Positions 1-13,190 of a stretch of 64,000 nt of DNA are shown here, piece after piece. The stretch comes from Eledone cirrhosa (Eukaryota), in the NCBI GenBank assembly GCA_964016885.1, contig OZ024757.1, positions 37,138,001 to 37,202,000 of the forward strand, in the 5' to 3' direction. A program made the position numbers and the translations under genes. The notes under the pieces are model-generated. The model saw only the letters and a program-made list of their open reading frames with translations, was not told the DNA's origin and ran no database searches. Every line of letters begins with the position of its first letter. The first letter of the stretch is position 1.

Positions 1-1549
1 CCATTTGAACAGCTAGATCCGATCTAGCTGTTGAAATGGCAGGAGCTCAGCCGCCAGGGTCCCAAATTTTTCATATATATATATATATATAGAAGTAGTA
101 ACATAACGGTTAGTTCACCATACCAAGAACAAGTGTTTTACCTTATGTGGATCTTCAGCTCGGACTATATATAAAAACAATTTTAAATAGACAGTTTTGT
201 ATGGTAAAAACAGGCAGTTCCAGGTAGTTTGGTATGGAAAAGGTGAACAATATTGTATTATATGTATGTAAAATAAAAATAAAAAACAATAAAAATACAA
301 AAAAAATCTATAAAAAAAAGTAAAGAACAGGTTTGTTTGAATGACAGTTGGTTAGGTGAGAAAGGACAACCAGTGAAAACTTAACACAACAACAGTACCT
401 AATGTAGATTTATCTAGCTCTGTTTTCCAGGTATTTCTGTCATAAATCTTTCATCGCAGTTCATGCCACATGAACTCTTGTCATATTTTGTAGATATAGA
501 GGCTGTGGGTAGGTTGGGGTTAGGTTCATATCCACCCCAAGTTCTCCTTAAAAAAAGACAATTGTGAGGTACAGTGTAAAACATATATAGGTGGCGAATT
601 GGCAGTCATTAGAATGTCAGATAGAATGCTTTATGGTATTTGTTCTGGCTTTCTGAGTTCAAATCCCACTGAAGTTAACAAAAGTACCAGTCTAGTATTG
701 GAGTCTTCCTCTCTCTCTGGAAGAAATCTGCTATACTCAGGTGTGGTGAGGGATGTCAATATGGCACCCCTATGACTCTGTCAGGAGTGACGGGACCATA
801 CATATATATATGTGTGTGTGTGTGTGTCTATATATATAACGAAGGAAGTGTGGTAAGTAACCAGGTGGACCATAATGCACCAAAGTACTTGATACTGGGT
901 AGTAGAGTGGGTAATAGGAAAAGAGTCAGAACCCTGACGGCTGAGCTCCAGTTGTTTCGACAGCTAGGTTCAGACCAAGCTGTCGAAACAGCCGAAGTTT
1001 GTTGAAAAAATATCTGATCTTGTGTTGGGAGGAAAAATTGCTGATGTAGGTTTTGGAAATGTGTGAATATCAAAGCATCCTTCTTGTAAAAGTCCTCTTC
1101 AAAAGCAAGTGAGAGCTAATCAAGTCAGTACACACACTAATGACAATGAAACAATGAAAAACTCAAGCAGAAAACACAGATATCTGGTGTTTGACTCTAT
1201 TTATCACATGCAAGTATTTTCAAAGTAAAAAAAAATGTTTGGATTTCCGCATTGTAGATTAAATTAAAGTTTCCTGTCGTTACACAGCACCAAAATGGTT
1301 TGGGTGATGTGGACAGGATGGGTGAATTGACGCAAATGGTGGTAGTGGTAGTAGTGGTGGTGGTTGTAGTAGACTGGGTCAATCGCTGACTCTGTGGAAG
1401 AGGAGACAGCCATTTAGTTAAGTCAAGTTAATATATATATAGAGAGAGAGTTGTAGATGATGACGTATTTGGGAAGACAATTACTTTTTATTGTTTTATT
1501 GAGTCAACCACCTCTCATGGGAAGTAGTTAGTACCAACACTTCATCTGG

Positions 1550-2155
1550 TAATTCACAAAGCCATTGAAGTGTCTATAAGGTTACTTTGAGTGTTAGAAA
1601 TAGCAGCCAAATTTTCCTCAAATCCTAACATCTTGATAATTCACAACCCATTGAGGAAGTCTCTATATGGTTACTTCATGTGTTAGAAATAGCAGCCAAA
1701 TTTTCCTCAAATCCTAACATCTTGATAATTCACAACCCATTGAGGAAGTCTATATGGTTACTTCATGTGTTAGAAATAGCAGCCAAATTTTCCTCAAATC
1801 CTAACATCTTGATAATTCACAACCCATTGAGGAAGTCTCTATATGGTTACTTCATGTGTTAGAAATAGCAGCCAAATTTTCCTCGAATTCTAACATCTTG
1901 ATAGCTCACAAACCATTGAGGAAGTCTCTATATGGTTACTTCATGTGTTAGAAATAGCAGCCAAATTTTCCTCGAATTCTAACATCTTGATAGCTCACAA
2001 ACCATTGAGGAAATGTCTACATAGCTGCTTTGTGTTAGAAATAGCAGCCAAATTTTCCTCAATTCCTAACATTTTGATAATTCACAAGCCAGTGAGGAAG
2101 TGTCTACATGGTTGCTTTACATGTTAAAAGTAGCAGCCAAATCTTCCTCAAATCT
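1550..2155. repeat. Minisatellite, 87-89-bp unit, about 6.5 copies
   Basis: gtgttagaaatagcagccaaattttcctc recurs at 1591, 1680, 1767, 1856, 1945, 2032. Confidence 0.95.
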
Positions 2156-3949
2156 TAATTGTTTTTTCATGCATTGTTTTACTGAACTTCTGATGGGAAG
2201 CAGTTATTTAGCTGCACCACACCACACCACACCACACCACACCACCACTTCTAGTAATTCATGAGCCAATAAAAGGAAGTGCCTAAATGGTTGCTTGACC
2301 TGCTAGAATTAGCAGCCAAATCTTCTTTAAAACCTATCTTACCATCTTGAAAACTATTTGATTTGTTTATCATCCTCAATCATCCATCATCATCATCATC
2401 ATCATTATCATCATCATTTTTATGTCCACTTTTCCATGCTGGCATGAGTTGCATGGGAATGTTTGAGGCAGTGTTTTACAGAGCTGTGAAGTACGACACA
2501 TCTCTCAAATATAAATATTTGGTTGTTGCATGTGGTTTGAATAGCCTCATGTGTGTCTGTATGTATGTGTGTGTATTTGTATCTGTGTGTGTGTGTGTAT
2601 GATAAGCCGACTGATATAGAGGGGTGCAATGAAAACAATAGCAGTTTCTTGTTCACCTCACATAACGCTGACTCTATAACATCATACAAAAGGCGCCATT
2701 TATATAAATATTTCATTCTATAAAAACAATAGCGAAGTATCAAATAGCAGATATTTTTAGTCACCTGACTAATATAACTTATTTATTTTCTAAACCTTTT
2801 AGTCAAATACCAGGACTTGCCCAAAACACTTCCTTTTCCCGCTGATTGCCATTGAGACTTGACGTTTTTGGTCCCCAAACTACTGTTTTCCTCAGCAAAA
2901 TTGGGAGGAGTGTGTTCCGTTTCAGGAATAAGGCCCTTGAGATGGTGGAGTGGTTGATGCAGCTGGTGTTCTTGGTTTGGTTGTTTTCTGTAGCAATGCC
3001 CTCGACAATTGTCTGTCTGTCTGGGTTGCTGTTGCGATATAACATCTAGATTGGGAGTGTAGAGTCGTCCTTTGCTCCCTCCCTCCTTTCCATCATCTTT
3101 TTCGCCCATTTATTCCTGAGAGGGTCGTGAAGGTAGAGGCTGAATCCTCAAATACGTCTTCCAGCGGGTCCCGTCAGAAGCAACCGTCTCCAATTGATCC
3201 GGCTGAAACCCTGAGACCAGCCGAACTCAAAGATGTTATCCAACCATCTTGCTCGAATGAAATGACTTTTGGATGAAATGAGTTTCACATTGTATATCTG
3301 ATGTTTGTAGCATAGTTCAACAATAATTCTTACGTAGATTATGATGGAAGGTTTTTTTTTATAAACATGAACCCTTTAAAATAAGCAGTTTTCTTTCATA
3401 GAACCATTGGTGGTCTCAGGTGGTTAGTATCGAAAAGTATAATATTGATTTTAAAACTTTATTGTTCTTAAGATGACATTTTAACCAGCTGTGGCATAGC
3501 TTAAACTATAGACAAATTCAACTAAAATTTCAAATAGGATTAAAATAGATGGTTTTGTTGCTTGGCAACAGAACTAAATGGTGATGATGAGGGTTTATTA
3601 ATTCTTGTATTTCAGTTCTTGATAGCTGGAGTTGCTGTAAATTCTGATTCATCCCTTTGATAAAGGTGATGACTGTGCAGAGTCGTTAGAGCTTCAGATT
3701 AAGTGTTTGTTTTAACTCTCTGTGTTCCGAGTTCAAATCTTGCTGTGGTCAACTTAACTTTGCCTTCCATCTTTTCAGCGGGTCAATAAAATACCAGTAC
3801 AGGGGGTAGTGGATTGGTGGAATTGTTAAAAGAGTTGGGTTGAATGTTTTGCAGTATCTGTTCCAGCTTTATGAATTCTGAGTTCAAATCTTGTCTCCTG
3901 TTGTTGGAAAAGCTGTGATGTTTCTGCCAAGTGTTTCAAGCAACAGACA

Positions 3950-4410
3950 GTACGGCAGTATTAACAATGGAGAGACCAATCGAAATACAGTTTCCATTGT
4001 CCAGCAGATAGTATTAGCAACGGAAAAACCAATCGAAATACAGTTTCCTTTGTCCAGCAGATAGTATTAGCAACAGAAAGACCAATCAAAATACAGTTTC
4101 CTTTGCTCAACAGATAATATCAACAATGGAAAAACCAACGGAACCATAGTTTCCTCTGTCCAGCAGATAATATCAGTAACGGAAAGACCCATGGAGACAT
4201 AGTTTCCATTGTCCAGCAGATAATATCAGCAATGGAAAGACCCATGGAAACAGATTCCATTGTCCAGCAGATAATATCAGCAATGGAAAGACCCATGGAA
4301 ACAGATTCCATTGTCCAGCAGATAATATCAGCAATGGAAAGACCCATGGAAACAGATTCCATTGTCCAGCAGATAATATCAGCAATGGAAAAACTAATGG
4401 AAACAATTTC
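3950..4410. repeat. Minisatellite, ~50-60-bp unit
   Basis: Repeated tccattgtccagcagataatatcagcaatggaaagacc. Confidence 0.95.
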
Positions 4411-4555
4411 CTCCATTCTATCTGCTTACTAAATCCTTCCATTTTTTAAATTTTGATAGAAAATAATTGTATATTTTAGACTATTAGCAGTGCTATTTTT
4501 TGTTGTTTTTTTGGTTAATATGAATATATTGTTTTATTTTCTTTCTAATTTCTAG

Positions 4556-4637
4556 ATTCAATATGAAACTGGCAGTCCAAATCTCCCTCATGAAGGTTTT
4601 TCTGAAACACATGTTGGTGCCACTGGTTACAATGACA
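4556..4637 (+). CDS. EPN2: Epsin internal exon (linker after the ENTH domain): IQYETGSPNLPHEGFSETHVGATGYND
   Basis: Pyrimidine tract plus tctag acceptor, open frame and A|gtaagt donor; the phase-1 end joins the UIM exon at 6200 in frame. The peptide itself is not a recognisable motif. Confidence 0.7.
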
Positions 4638-6199
4638 GTAAGTAAAGAATATTTTTAGTTTGTTTCTCACCTGGTTAACACCACCAACATATGTCTGAAT
4701 TCATCATCATCATCATCATTTAACCCTTTAGCATTTAAACTGGCTATATCCAGCCAGAATTCTCTCACCTCTTTCTGTTGAAATTGGTCACTCATACAAA
4801 TGTTGAGGTATTGTTATCAAAATAAATAATTGTTTCTACTTTTGGCACAAGGTCAGCAATTATCCCCGTGCATTACTGGTACTTTATTTTATCGACCTCG
4901 TAAGGATGAAAGGCAAAAGTTAACCTTGGTGGGATTTGAAATCAGAACGTAAAGGGCCATAACTCTATGCTGTAAAGCATGGTGTCTGACGCTCTACCGA
5001 TACTTACAATTCACCGTTATCAAAATAGATAATGTCAAAATCTTATAGATTCGATACTATGTGAAATTAAGTGTTTACCTTGACAATACAATAGTATATA
5101 TAGAGTAATGTAAATGCTATGTGAGATTTTATGTAAGGTAAAGTGTTTACCATGAAAATACAATAGTATATATAATGTAAAGGCTAAAGGGTTAAGGCAA
5201 TTTTTATTGTGAAGCCTCTGAAAATTATTCTTAGTTGATTTTCAGTTCAGATTTATCATCTTTATCATAAGTCAATCGCTCTACACTCAAAGATGTATTC
5301 TCAGTCATATTTAGTCTCAGTTAATCAACAACTTGGCTTGGTTGCTTTCTTTCAAGTGAAACTATAACACACCAAGCCATACCATACTCCCTCCAATCTT
5401 TCTCTGTATATCTCTCTCCCTTTTCTCTCTCTCATACTCACTCCTCCTGCCCTCTCACCACCACCACTCTGAATTATTCATTATTCATGTTAAGTGTTGC
5501 TACTTGGTTTCATCTCTAGTGTTCCCTGAACTGGGATTATATGAATACATAAGTTGCTAAATGAGTGTCTAATGATCAGAATCCCCACTATACATGACCT
5601 TGGCGTCTTAAGTTAACGAGGAGGCTTTTCTGTTAATTTTTTCTTTTACTTTTCTATTTCCTATCCATCATTACCAGCTTTTATCTACATGATATACTTT
5701 TGAAAGACATATTAATTAGTGTTTATAGTGAGGACTCGCGAAGGCATGTGGCTTAGTGGTTAGGGGTTTCTAACATAAAATTATGACGGGAGGTTTTGGT
5801 GCCTTCACAAAAAGCAACCCGTCCACTCTCTAAGATTGTTGTGCTGGTGCAACAACAAAAATCACCGAGTTCACACTGTAAGATGGTTATGCTGGTGCCA
5901 CACAAAAAGTACCCAGTTCACACTGTAAGATTGTTGTGCTGGTACCACAACAAAAAGCACCCAGTCCACTCTGTAAGACGGTTGTGCTGGTGCAACAACA
6001 AAAAGCAACCCATCCACACTAAGATGGTTTTGCTGGTGCCACAACAAAAACCACCCAGTCACTCATTCTGTCCTTGAGATGTTTTTGTCAGACTGGCATG
6101 CTGTCATTGATGGCATTTGGCTGTTTTTGGCAGCTCTTCTTGTGTTGAGTTTTCAAATTGTTTCTATAGACTTACCATTCCGTTGTTCTCTGTTACCAG

Positions 6200-6399
6200 A
6201 TTCTCCCACTCAGCGCCGGAGATTGTCTTCAGATTTGGAATCTGCCCGTCCTTCGTCTTTGGGAGAAGAAGAACTTCAGCTTCAGTTAGCGTTAGCTATG
6301 AGCAAAGAAGAACATGAAGAAGAACTTAAAAAACAGAAAAACGATGACATCAAACTGGCTATGGCAATAGAACAAAGTAAACAAGACAACAGTGATGAG
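6200..6399 (+). CDS. EPN2: Epsin exon with two ubiquitin-interacting motifs
   Basis: SDLESARPSSLGEEELQLQLALAMSKEE...DDIKLAMAIEQSKQD matches the epsin UIM region; acceptor ttaccag|AT, donor GAG|gtttgt. Confidence 0.95.
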
Positions 6400-6621
6400 G
6401 TTTGTTTGGCTTTTCATGGAAATCTCTATATAAATTTGAGCGTCTTCCATCTGTCCATCCGTCACACAATGCGTGCGTGCGTGAATGAATGTGTTTGTGT
6501 GAATGTATGTGTGCGTAAAAGGAAGGAAGGGGATGGTGAAAAAACTGGATGGTTGCCTCGTTCTAAGCTAAATTCATGTTTTTTTTTTTTTGTTATTTTT
6601 AAAAATATTTTTATATTCCAG

Positions 6622-6961
6622 CCTGGCACTCAAAGTGGAAATAGATTGGCAGACAGTTTTGAAACGGGAACAATGAACGCTAACCATGGGACCACAACAG
6701 ACCCTTGGGGAGTTCCCATGCAACAAACAGCTTCTATGTCAGATCCTTGGGGTGGCGCTGGTGCTGGTAGTAGTATGTCTTCACCCCGGGCAGGTAGAAG
6801 AGAGACAACGACCACGACGACAGCTTCTGCATGGGAATCTCCCGTGGCACTGAACCCCTCATCTAACTTGCAAGCCCGTGCCCACACACCGATAACCGAT
6901 CCCTGGGGTGTACCAATTAGTAGTCCTGAAAGGTCAACACCACAATCCATTTCTACTCCAA
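6622..6961 (+). CDS. EPN2: Epsin exon with DPW (AP-2 binding) repeats
   Basis: TTDPWG, MSDPWG, ITDPWG; acceptor attccag|CCT (phase 0), donor CCAA|gtaagt (phase 1). Confidence 0.93.
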
Positions 6962-7130
6962 GTAAGTTCTGCAGTAGATATGTGCCAGTCTATCGCAGCA
7001 CTTCTCCTACACTTGAGAATTTTAATTTACTGTCTAAAAGGATGGTTTTTATTTGTCGGTTTGTTTTGAATTTTACACCTCATGTGGTAGAATAATATAA
7101 CTTATGTGCATTTTGGATTTAGCTTCCCCT

Positions 7131-8066
7131 TTAACCCTTTTGTTACCTTATTTCTAATAAAAGACACTGTCTATGATTTTCAAATAATTTTGAAAGTAAT
7201 GAAGAATTTGAGGGGACTAAGTAATATTATTAATTTTCTCAGTAGAGGGTTGGACGCCATGCTTTCCAGCATAGTTACGTCCCATTACGGTCTGAGTTCA
7301 AGTCCCGTCGAGGTTAACTTTGCCTTTCATCCTTACAGGGTCGATAAAATAAAGTACCAGTAATGTATTGGGTAATTGCTGGCCTTGTGCCAAAAGTAGA
7401 AACAATTATTAATTTTCTCATTATTAAACTTTTGTTTGGAACATAACTTAATAAAGGTTCTTACATCGAATTATGATGGGAGGTTTAAACCTTTCATTGC
7501 CAGATTTTTAATAAAGACACCGTCCCCTGAGATTTAAAAATAATTTTGAAAATAATCAATAATTTAGAGGGATTTAGTAATATAATTAAATTTCTCATTA
7601 TTAAGCTGTTGTCTGGAACATAACTTAACAAAAGTTCTTACATAAAATTATAATGGAAGGTTTTTAGATAAATATAAACACTTTAAACCTTTCATTACCA
7701 GATATTTAATAAAAGACAGTGTCCCCTAAGATTTTTGAGTAATTTTGAAAATATCCAAGAATTTGGAGGGATTTAGTAATATAGCAGACTGTCTTGTTTA
7801 TTAAGCTGGTGTTTGGAACATAACTTAACAAAGGTTCTTACAAGGAATCACGATAGAAGGTTTTTAGATAAATATAAACACTTTAAACCTTTCATTACCA
7901 GATTTTTAATAAAAGACATTGCTCCCTAAGATTTTCGAATAATTTGGAGGGATTTGATGTGGAATCATGATAGAAGGTTTTTAGATAAATATAAACACTT
8001 TAAAACCAACAAATTTGCTTTGTAAAAGCAGGTGTGATTTCAGGTAGATAGGTATCAAAAGGGTTA
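7131..8066. mobile_element. piggyBac-like MITE family 2 with a nested SINE and internal ~185-bp tandem duplications; fragments at ~22465-22680, 25540-25825, 34430-34730
   Basis: TTAACCCTTTTGTTACC ... GGTATCAAAAGGGTTAA; nested SINE flanked by TSD attattaattttctca. Confidence 0.75.
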
Positions 8067-8297
8067 ATATTTTTACACTCCACTTATACATTGTTGAATG
8101 TTGTCTGACAATACAGGTGTATCTGGTAATTTGGTGAAATGATTATTAACCCCAGTGGTCACTGTAGTTTTGTAATGCTTACTTTTCAATGGAGTCGGCC
8201 AATTAGTGCATCCTTCACTGTCTGTCCTGACATGAAGTCTAACTGTCCTTCTGTTGTTATGATATGCCCCCTCCGAATTCATGTATATGTTGTTTAT

Positions 8298-9180
8298 TTA
8301 ACTCTTAACATCCTGTAAAGGTTAGCTGAAAAATTTGTTAATGTGATGCAATCACAGTGCTGCTTTGCTCATTTCAAAATATCCTGTAATGATTTAGTAG
8401 AAAATGTCTAAAAAAAAATAGTTTGTAAATTCAAATGGTTATCATATCTTTATTAGTGAACAGATTGTTGTGAAAACTTTAATTAATTAATGTGATGCAG
8501 CCACTGCAGTTTTGTTCTTTTCAAAACATCTCATAAAGATTTAGCAGAAAATATCTAAAAATAGATTTGTTTAGTCTAATGATTGTTGTATCTTTGGAGA
8601 AATCTTTGTGAAAATTTGCAGTATTAAAGGCTTGAATTTCTAATGTGATGAAATCACGATGTTGTTTTGTACTTTTCAAGACATTTTGTAATGATTTAGC
8701 TGAAAATAGTTAAATGATAAAGGCAGCAAATTGGCAGAGTTGTTAAGACGTCGGATAGAATGCTTTACAGTATTCATTCCACCTTATTGTGTGCTCTGAG
8801 TTCAAATTCCGCCAGGGTCAACTTTGCCTTTCATCCTTTTGAGGTTGATAAAAAAACGTACCAGTACAGTACTGGAGTTGATTCTTCCTCTATTGAAAGA
8901 AATCTGCTGTTTTCAGACATGTAGAGGGTTGGACTCCGCCAGGTTTAAAAAGTGCTCTAGACATGCCGTATGATGGTGCCTCTACAACTCCATAAGGAGG
9001 TATGGGATCTTTATTTAAATGTTTATAGTTTCTTTATTAGTAGACAGATCATTGTGAAAATTTGCAGTGTTAGAGTAAACACGTTAATTTAATGCAGACA
9101 CAGACATAGTGCTGTTTTGTACTTTACATAAGTACCTTGCTAATGTGGTTTCATGGTCCTTACAGGATGTTAAGAGTTAA
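8298..9180. mobile_element. piggyBac-like MITE family 3 with nested SINE; second copy at 32057-32443
   Basis: TTAA-CTCTTAACATCCTGTAA ... TTACAGGATGTTAAGAG-TTAA. Confidence 0.8.
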
Positions 9181-9296
9181 AAGTTGTTGTTATTTTTGTA
9201 GTTTGTATGTAATTGTGATGTTGTTAATGTTAATGATGATGGCGACATATTAGTGCCTCCTTCGTTGTTAATTTGTGTAAGGTGAAAATTTGTCAG

Positions 9297-9635
9297 GTTC
9301 TCACCAGTCAGATACTTGGACTGTTATCAACACAGGTTCACAGCCACAGCCACAGCCAGCAACAACACCGCAGAGTCCATGGGAACCTAGCGCAGTGCCA
9401 GCCACTGGTCCAACCCCGGTTCAAACAATGCCGCATACTTTAATTGTAACCTCGACAGGTACCACTGTGACCACAAGTAACGGGATGGGAACCGGTAGCA
9501 TAGACGATGCCTTCGATATGTTGATTAATCGGAAAGCAAGTACTTCTCCTGCCCTGAGCATCGAAGAAACATCTACACCCTTAGATGGATTTGATCCTCA
9601 GGCTGCAGGAAGGGGTAACATTGATATGGGTAGTG
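9297..9635 (+). CDS. EPN2: Epsin exon, S/T/P-rich disordered region (alternative in-phase acceptor at 9282)
   Basis: Phase 1-1 open frame with SPWEP, DDAFDML and DGFDP; donor AGTG|gtaagt. Confidence 0.85.
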
Positions 9636-9729
9636 GTAAGTTGCTAGTGCATTTTTTAAAATTTCATTTAATCTCTCTATCTATATATATAATAAGCATT
9701 GTGTGTATATATATATTTGTCCATCACGC

Positions 9730-10090
9730 ACTAGAGATGACTGTGGAAGGAAGGGGTGATGACTTCACGTACTACAGATGACTGAGGAAGGAAGGGGTGA
9801 TGACATCTCGCTTTAGTGATGACTGAGGAAGGAAGGGGTGATGACATCTTTAGTGATGACTGAGGAAGGAAGGGGTGATGACATCTCGCATTAGCGATGA
9901 CTGAGGAAGGAAGGGGTGATGACATTACACACTAGAGATGACTGAGGAAGGAAGGGGTGATGACATTACACACTAGAGATGACTGAGGAAGGAAGGGGTG
10001 ATGACATCATGCACTACAGATGACTGAGGAAGGAAGGGGTGATGACATCTCGCACTAGAGATGATTGACGAAGGAAGGGGTGATGACAAA
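9730..10090. repeat. Minisatellite, 41-bp purine-rich unit, about 9 copies
   Basis: gatgactgaggaaggaaggggtgatgacat recurs every 37-41 bp. Confidence 0.95.
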
Positions 10091-11340
10091 CTACAGAATA
10101 CAGCGCCTAACATTTGCTACACTTGTGTGTGTATATATGTAGTAAATTGGCTACATACATTGGCTATTATTGTTGTGTGAGTGTTTAAGGCAGTGGATTG
10201 GTAGAATCGGTAGAGCGTCGGCCAGAGTTATGGCCTTTTATGTTCTGAGTTCAAATACCGCTGACGTGAGCTTTGCCTTTCGTCCTTACAAGGTCAATAA
10301 AATAAAGAACCAGTAATGCACTGGGGTCGATTTAATCATTTTTCCCTTCCCCTCAAAATTGCTGGCCTTGTGCCTAAATCAGAAACTATTATTGTGTGTT
10401 TGTGTATAAGTATGTATATATGTGTGTTTGTGTGTGAGTATGTATGTGTGTGTGTGTGTGAGTATGTGTGTGTGTATTTGTGTAAATTGCGGATAAATTT
10501 TTCACAAAAAATGTTATAAAAGAATTATTAACCCTCCAGCATTTAAACCGGCCGTAACTAGCCACTCATACTGATGCTAAGGTATTATTCTCAAAATAAA
10601 TAATATCAAATCTCTATAAATTCAATATTTTGTGAGATTTACTTTACTGCGAAAATTCAATAGTATATCTAGAGTAATGTAAATGCTAAAGGGTTAAACT
10701 AAAAACTTGGTTTTATACCCTTTTCATATATAAAATATTACAATTAGCTGCTGTCATTTTTGACGGCATGGGGCCAGCTTGTGTTTAATATAAAAAAAAA
10801 ACAGGTGTATCCCCTGCATGCTATTTGTTGACTCCTTATGATATTTGGTGTAGATATTATGAGAATGGTTTACCTTTATTGTCAATATTGTTACTATTAT
10901 TATTATTATTGTTGTTGTTGTAAATGTTGTTGTCAATGTTGTTATTGTTATATTTGACTGCTGTGTATATACATACATATGAGTGTAAGTCTAACACCCT
11001 TACCACTAGGTCATGTGCCTCCACTAAAAATGAATAGAAAATATTTTAATTTGATTAAAGTGAAATAATATATCAGAAATGCAGTGACCTCAAATATCCC
11101 TTGCACCCTGTATATATATATTTTGGTCATTGGAAAGAAAAAAAAGGGGGGGGGGGGGTAATTAAATATGTATTCAGTACAATGATGGTTTAGAAATTAG
11201 AAGGAACATCTAGGAAGGTTCTATTTTTTGCCCCCACTTTTCTCATTGCAAATCATTTTCTTTTTTCGAAAGTTTACAAAAACGACATCCGATGTTTTAA
11301 ATGTCATTTTCGCCATTCTCTCTCTATTAAAAATGAACAG

Positions 11341-11502
11341 GAACTCCATCTTCGGACCCTTGGCTTATGTCTGGTGTTGGTAAAGATTTACCTGATCAGG
11401 AGCAGAATAAGAAGAAAACCCCCAAAGATTTCCTAGGCGAGAATGCATCTCTAGTTAATTTGGACAACTTGGTGTCAAAAACCTCACCATCATTACCCAA
11501 AG
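11341..11502 (+). CDS. EPN2: Epsin exon with DPW and clathrin box: (G)TPSSDPWLMSGVGKDLPDQEQNKKKTPKDFLGENASLVNLDNLVSKTSPSLPK
   Basis: KTPxxFLGxNAxLVNLDxLV is the conserved epsin C-terminal clathrin-binding segment; aacag| acceptor, AAAG|gtatta donor, phase 1-1; too short for the ORF track. Confidence 0.95.
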
Positions 11503-12454
11503 GTATTAATTTGGTCACTTGTTAAAAAAAAACAAAAAAAACCCCAAAGCATTTTAATGTTTGATCTCACTAAAATGTTTCTTTGTTTATTTTTATATTT
11601 ATATAACCAAAGTTCGTTTTGTTTTTAATTAATTAATTTGTTTATTTATTTGTTAAAAAATTTTTTTTTCTGATCTTGATGACAAAAGAAACTTCCCAAT
11701 TATTTCTGGTTTCACCAACCGAGTGGTTTAAACTGTCTTTTTAATATTCAACATTGGCAAGTAGTCAGTATTATTGTGATTATTGTATTTTCAAAGGATT
11801 AAGAATCATAGTTAATATATTGATAGTAGAATCGGAAGAGCGTCGGACACCATGCTTTGTGGTATAGAGTTACGGCCCTTTACGTTCTGAGTTCTGAGTT
11901 TAAATTGTACCGAGTTTAGCTTTGCTTTCATCCTTGCGGGGTTGATAAAATAAAGTACCAGTCATGCACTGGGGTAGATTTAATCGACTTTCCCCTCCCC
12001 ATCAAAACTGTCTAAATCAGAAACCATTATTAGCATAGAGTTACTGCCCGTTACGGTCTGAATTCAAATCCTACCGAGGTTAACTTTGGCCTTTCGTCCT
12101 TCCGGGGCCAATAAAATAAAGTACCAGTAATAGACTGAGGGTAATTTCTGGCCTTGTGCCAAAAGTAGAAACAGTTATTGTGTGAGGATCTCTTACAAGT
12201 CATCCATCACGAGACCACAAATTAAGGGTGGCGGGGTGGGGTGGTGGGTGAGAGAAGTGGCAAGTAATCAACATTTATCTCCCTTCCGAATTGTTGGCCA
12301 ATATTGTTTACCTTGGCGGGATTTGAACTCAGACCATAAAGGGCTGAAGAATTATCATCAATATAAAGTACCAGTAATGGACTGGGGATAATCAACTTCT
12401 ATCTCCCTTTCTTTCAACTTGCCAGCCTTATGCCAATATTAGAAAGAATTATAA

Positions 12455-13190
12455 TCAATATAAAGTACCAGTAATGTACTGGGGGTAATTGCCGGCCTTG
12501 TGCCAATATTAGATAAAATTATCAATAAAGTACCAGTAATACACTGGAGATTATTGCCGGCCTTGTGTGCCAATATTAGAAATAATTATCAATAAAGTAC
12601 CAGTAATACACTGGAGATTATTGCTGGACTTGTGTGCCAATATTAGAAATAATTATCAATAAAGTACCAGTAATACACTGGAGATTATTGCTGGACTTGT
12701 GTGCCAATATTAGAAATAATTATCAATAAAGTACCAGTAATACACTGGAGATTATTGCTGGACTTGTGTGCCAATATTAGAAATAATTATCAATAAAGTA
12801 CCAGTAATACACTGGGAGATTATTGCCGGACTTGTGTGCCAATATTAGAAATAATTATCAATAAAGTACCAGTAATACACTGGAGATTATTGCCGGCCTT
12901 GTGTGCCAATATTAGAAATAATTATCAATAAAGTACCAGTAATACACTGGAGATAATTGCCGGCCTTGTGTGCCAATATTAGAAATAATTATCAATAAAG
13001 TACCAGTAATACACTGGAGATTATTGCTGGACTTGTGTGCCAATATTAGAAATAATTATCAATAAAGTACCAGTAATACACTGGAGATTATTGCTGGACT
13101 TGTGTGCCAATATTAGAAATAATTATCAATAAAGTACCAGTAATACACTGGGAGATTATTGCCGGACTTGTGTGCCAAAAGTAGAAACAA
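12455..13190 (+). repeat. 67-bp tandem array made from the Meta-SINE 3' end, about 11 copies
   Basis: Unit aataaagtaccagtaatacactggagattattgc..ttgtgtgccaatattagaaataattatc; the last unit ends with the normal SINE terminus aaaagtagaaacaat. Confidence 0.95.

Noticed and set aside
6079-7095. 338-aa ORF as a single-exon protein
   Set aside because: It is two epsin exons plus read-through of flanking intron; canonical splice sites delimit the conserved parts
12455-13190. CRISPR-like appearance of regular arrays (also 1550-2155, 9730-10090, 58530-60543, 61790-62850)
   Set aside because: No unique spacers, no cas genes, eukaryotic context; several units derive from local TEs
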